Assembly: GCA_964035545.1 (NCBI GenBank)
Contig: CAXIUT010000187.1
Span: 1-24,026 of the forward strand
Direction of reading: 5' to 3'
Origin: Bugula neritina
Lineage: Eukaryota > Animalia > Bryozoa
Length of the DNA: 24,026 nt
The notes beneath the pieces are model-generated. The model did not search any database. It was not told where the DNA came from and saw nothing but the letters and a program-made list of their open reading frames with translations. Position numbers and translations under genes: made by a program. The number at the start of each line of letters is the position of its first letter. The first letter of the stretch is position 1. Below are positions 22,093 to 24,026 of the stretch, piece after piece.

Positions 22093-23932
22093 TCATTTTA
22101 ATATTTTTTCCATATACTGGTCTATGTAATTGTCAATTTGCTCAAAAAATACTTTTTTTATATTTTCTTGAGTATTTCTTAACTATTAAAAACATATTAA
22201 AGAATCTTCCTATATTTAATCACATCCTCTATTCAAACCTGCCTAATATTCCTAAGACAGACTAAAATAATTAAGAAAATTCAACTTTTTATTATATTTT
22301 ACCAGATAGTCTTCTGAAGAATGACCTATCTTCTGATAATCATTGGCTGATAATTGAGTATTCGGAAGAAAAGGAATTATCTTTTAAAGCTTAAATTGTC
22401 TATCTACAAATGATTTTTTAGAATTAAAGACCCTTGTCTTGAAAGCATTGATATCAATGATCTCCTTTTTGCACTAATCTTTCTTTATATTATTCGCTAC
22501 AGCAACTATTTTCTTTTTTTACATTTTATAGATTGGTATTTTTTCGTTAATAGACAAAGCAGTTGTAACTTTGATTTATATTTCCTATTTAGGCTGCAAA
22601 ATTTAAACACGATGATTGATAACTTACTTCTTTTGAGGCTCAAAAATCTAATTTACGATATTTTTATTTTTTAATCCTTTTTATTTAGCATTCATAGGTG
22701 TTATTTTATCTTTATTGTCATGCTTAATATCAACTTTATGATTTTGATTAACTGCTTTTACTCTATTATTCAGCTAGTCTTTTACTTTAGGTTTAACCTT
22801 CACAGGTTGAGTGGCTTCCTGACCTAAATTTGATTTCCATGTTTTCTACATCTTTTATTAATCTTATCTTTCTATTGTTCCACTCTCGTAAACCTTTCGA
22901 CTCTGAACCACTAAATTATCCTTAGATGTATTATTTATTGAATTCAATTTAGCTTCACTTGAATTTTTGGACATTTATCCAGTGGGACCAGTCTAGTTGC
23001 TAGATTTAGTTTTTTTATGCTTTTATGATTTATTTTCAGCCAGTTTAGCACTATTTTCTTCTTCTATCTACTCCATTATCTTCTATATAGTTGAACGAAT
23101 CACAGCTATTATCGGTCTCTCATAAGGTTTTTTCTTAAGAAGCGAAACTAGTAATTCTTTAATGGATGTTCTTATATTTTAGTCTCTGATTTTAAATGGC
23201 ATTTTTAATATTTTATTAAAGACTTCCTTGTTATCCTCTCCAGAATAAAAAGGACTTCCATGAAGTACCTAGTCTAGAATGATGCCTAGAGACCACACAT
23301 CTACAGCATTTGTATAATTATGAAATTTGGCTTGTTCTGGAGCAATGTACTCTTTGGTTCCAGCGATAGTTTCCATAATGATTTTTTGAGTACTAAGTCC
23401 GAAATCAGCAAGTTTGATAAGAGGTAAAGGTTTTCCAAGTATGTATTTGGTTTTAAGTAATATATTTTATGGTTTAAGATCTCTATGAGTAATTCTATGA
23501 TTATGTAATTCCTGAACTCCTCGGCTGATTTGAAATATACACTAAAGAGATTATTTTTCGTTCATTTTATTTCCTTTGATCAAATTAAGAGCATCCCTAT
23601 ATTACGGTTACAATACCATAATGACCCTCCAGAACAATACTATGTTATGTACCATACTGCTTCAGATTGATCTATTATATCGTATATTTTAAGAATATTC
23701 TAGTTCTAGACTTTCTTCAACTACTCGTTTATCATCTTTTCTTTATTGATATCTTAAAGGTCAGCGGGACATTTCTTGACCTTCCGGATAGCTATAGAAT
23801 CTTTCAGCTCAGCATCATAGATACGAAATACCTATATTAGATAACTAGAACTTGAGCAAAGTTACCCTCACCAATCAGTTCTGCTTTATTGAGATCAAAC
23901 TCTTTCTTAAAGTGGGGTGATTTAATCTTCAT
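22093..23932 (-). CDS. Ser/Thr protein kinase with N-terminal catalytic domain, ~599 aa
   Basis: IGEGNFAQVF, ITEYCSGGSL, HRDLKPENILL, ADFG, AGTKEYIAPE, DVWSLGII. 20-nt introns at 23832-23851 and 23597-23616. The ATG is 29 nt from the telomere. Confidence 0.93.
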
Positions 23933-23961
23933 TTTATTATTAATATAGCTTACTTATCATC

Positions 23962-24026
23962 TTGGGGTTGGGGTTGGGGTTGGGGTTGGGGTTGGGGTTG
24001 GGGTTGGGGTTGGGGTTGGGGTTGGG
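23962..24026. repeat. Right telomere of the second fragment, (TTGGGG)n
   Basis: 65 nt of perfect T2G4 repeats ending ...TTGGG. Confidence 0.98.

Noticed and set aside
1-24026. CRISPR arrays, transposons, rRNA/tRNA genes, prokaryotic operons
   Set aside because: No repeat-spacer structure, transposase motifs, terminal inverted repeats or RNA-gene signatures were seen; nearly all sequence is accounted for by eukaryotic protein genes.

Overview
This is ciliate macronuclear DNA, not prokaryotic. Bases 1-16777 form a complete telomere-to-telomere mini-chromosome, (CCCCAA)n...(TTGGGG)n, carrying 10 tightly packed genes. It is joined directly to a second fragment (16778-24026) that lacks a left telomere, carries 5 genes and ends in its own (TTGGGG)n telomere. 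TAA and TAG both fall at conserved glutamate positions and TGA is the only stop (peritrich code, NCBI table 30), so the supplied ORF track is almost entirely fragments or antisense shadows. By manual translation the genes encode: a membrane RBR E3 ligase, a syntaxin, a TRAFD1/XAF1-like zinc-finger protein, two protein kinases, a MORN-repeat protein with an in-frame TGA, a GH38 alpha-mannosidase, a TMEM181-like protein, a secreted bacterial-type FAD oxidoreductase with 41-aa repeats, an ABHD4/5-like hydrolase, an EF-hand protein and four hypothetical proteins. The strongest unexpected signal is that all 14 frame-restoring introns are exactly 20 nt and all carry an A six bases from the 3' end. 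All calls come from reading by eye; no searches were run.
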